This document shows, piece after piece, positions 30,793 to 32,000 of a DNA stretch of 32,000 bases; position 1 is the first letter of the stretch; every line of letters starts with the position of its first letter. The notes beneath the pieces were generated by a model. It ran no database searches, was not told the origin of the DNA, and saw nothing but the letters and a program-made list of their open reading frames with translations. The stretch is from Candidatus Saccharimonadota bacterium (lineage in GTDB: Bacteria > Bacteroidota > Bacteroidia > Flavobacteriales > Blattabacteriaceae): assembly GCA_029851085.1 (NCBI GenBank), contig CP100318.1:210001-242000 (forward strand), in the 5' to 3' direction. The translations under genes and the position numbers were made by a program.

Positions 30793-31587
30793 ATGAAAAA
30801 TGAAAGTATAATATCTAATTCTAAAATTAAAACATTATTAGCACTTCAAAAAAAATCTAAAATACGTAATGATAAAAAAATTTTTCTTGTAGAAGGTATT
30901 AAAGAAATAAAAATGGCTATTAATGGAGGATATATACCTGAAGAAGCTTTTATATGTATAGAATTATATTCTAATAATAATAAAGAATTTTTAAATTTTT
31001 TTAAAAAAAAAACTTTTATTAGTTTAAAAGTATTTACAAAATTAGTATATCGTGATAATAGTGGTGGTATTATTGTTATTTTTAAACAAAAAAAATTTTG
31101 TACTTTGGAACAAATACAATTATCATCTAATCCACTTATTCTAATTATAGAAAAAATTGAAAAACCTGGTAATATAGGAGCAATTTTTCGTACAGCTGAT
31201 GCAGCATCTGTTGATATAGTAATTTTAGATAAAAAAATAGATTTATATAATCCTAATATAATACGATCAAGTTTAGGCAGTGTATTTATTATAAATAAAA
31301 TAAAAGAATCATTTAATAAAATATTTTGTTGGTTGAAAAACAAAAATATAAAAATAATAGCTACTTGTTTAAAACAAGATGCAAAAAATATATATAAAAT
31401 TGATTTATCAACATCAATAGCTATAATAATAGGAAATGAAACTATTGGACTTTCAAAAAAATGGTTAAAAAATGCTAATAAAATTGTTAAAATTCCAATG
31501 TATGGAACTGTTGATTCACTTAATGTAAGTAATGCTGCAGCTATTATAATTTTTGAAGCTATTAGACAACGTTTTTTTAAAGAATAA
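30793..31587 (+). CDS. TrmH/SpoU-family RNA 2'-O-methyltransferase
   Basis: 264-aa ORF with the SPOUT motifs KPGNIGAIFRTADAASVD, IIIGNETIGLS, and IPMYGTVDSLNVSNAAAI. Confidence 0.85.
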   Translation: MKNESIISNSKIKTLLALQKKSKIRNDKKIFLVEGIKEIKMAINGGYIPEEAFICIELYSNNNKEFLNFFKKKTFISLKVFTKLVYRDNSGGIIVIFKQKKFCTLEQIQLSSNPLILIIEKIEKPGNIGAIFRTADAASVDIVILDKKIDLYNPNIIRSSLGSVFIINKIKESFNKIFCWLKNKNIKIIATCLKQDAKNIYKIDLSTSIAIIIGNETIGLSKKWLKNANKIVKIPMYGTVDSLNVSNAAAIIIFEAIRQRFFKE

Positions 31588-31594
31588 AATTATT

Positions 31595-32000
31595 TCAGAA
31601 TTTTATTCTTTTATATCCGTAATCAATTTTTAAATATTTAGTTTTAATAAACTGTTTAGCTAACATATCACAATATTTATTATATAATAAATAATGTCCT
31701 TTAATCCATTGAAATAAAATTAATGTATGTTTTCTATAAATAATTAATAAACGTTTCCATAGATCAGAATTTTTTTTTTATTAAAATTATTTTTTTCCCA
31801 AGAAAAAACCCATTTTTTTTCTATAGCATTAACTATATATTTTGAATCTGTAAAAATAATAATTTTTTTGTTATTTGTATTTATTTTTATATTTTCTAAT
31901 GCTAAAATAACGGCGGTTAATTCCATTCTATTATTGGTTGTATAATTGAATCCTCCTGAAATTTTTTTCACATAAGAATTACCAAAATTATTATATAATA
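31595..32000 (-). pseudogene. rnhA: Ribonuclease HI, 5' end beyond the window, reading frame broken in a homopolymer region (about 31738-31779)
   Basis: The N-terminal frame (open to nt 32000) reads ...FGNSYVKKISGGFNYTTNNRMELTAVILALENIK...IFTDSKYIVNAIEKKWVFSWEKNNFNKKK. The C-terminal part, YRKHTLILFQWIKGHYLLYNKYCDMLAKQ...KRIKF with stop at 31595-31597, is in a different frame. Together they give the RNase HI motifs TTNNRMEL, TDS.Y, W.KGH and CD.LA. The two frames differ by a net +1 nt. Confidence 0.75.
31769..31779 (-). other. Poly(A) tract (coding strand) in rnhA at or near the frame break
   Basis: I count 11 T on the printed + strand. The supplied ORF-track translation (..FNKKKILIYGNVY, end 31744) implies 10. 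I cannot reconcile the two by eye. Confidence 0.6.

Noticed and set aside
30846-31343. A 165-aa ORF antisense to the TrmH-family gene. Similar long antisense ORFs occur at 29773-30150 (antisense to asd), 15478-15771 (aspS), 12520-12702 (alaS), 18477-18695 and 19425-19607 (rseP), 20512-20709 (ddl) and 27913-28161 (CorC-like).
   Set aside because: All lie fully inside strongly conserved genes on the other strand. The two longest both occupy the antisense frame offset so that each of their codons spans sense-codon positions 3-1-2. In that frame a stop needs NNT/NNC followed by TAY, or NNT followed by CAN, and those combinations are rare here. The translations are low-complexity with no recognisable motifs. 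They are shadow ORFs.
1-32000. A search for a defence or accessory island (toxin-antitoxin, restriction-modification, CRISPR-Cas, phage genes, secretion effectors).
   Set aside because: Every ORF of substantial length is a recognisable housekeeping gene, or the single envelope protein. The gaps are too small to hide further genes other than the 54-codon ORF reported above. I could not support any claim of an accessory system.

Overview
This is a very AT-rich (roughly one-fifth G+C by eye), tightly packed housekeeping window. It reads like the reduced genome of a Flavobacteriia (Bacteroidota) insect endosymbiont, most like Blattabacterium. That assignment is my inference from gene content: gdhA, lysA plus asd, the peptidoglycan genes murA, ddl and PBP1A, a GldE-like CBS protein and a PorV/FadL-like outer-membrane protein. 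TGA is used as a stop, so the standard bacterial code applies. I can support 25 protein-coding loci (mutL and rnhA are cut by the window edges) and 4 tRNAs (Ser-UGA, Val-UAC, Leu-UAA, Phe-GAA). I found no rRNA, CRISPR array, transposase, integrase, phage gene or recognisable defence system. The notable observations are as follows. (1) A perfect 4 x 72-bp tandem array sits between holB and leuS. It is built from the holB 3' end and the leuS start, and it creates four decoy leuS start codons and four HolB-tail mini-ORFs. (2) Three conserved genes (lon, alaS, rnhA) are broken at long poly(A) tracts, and each needs a net +1 A to be restored. Equally long tracts elsewhere in the window are in frame. 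(3) murA is intact except for one in-frame TAA at codon 37. (4) An outer-membrane beta-barrel candidate carries a 115-codon Ser/Thr/Ala/Gln/Lys-only insert that is relatively GC-rich and made of in-frame tandem repeats. (5) An unlisted 54-codon single-helix membrane ORF lies between ddl and rluD. Everything here was read by eye and no searches were run. Homopolymer lengths are the least certain part of the analysis.
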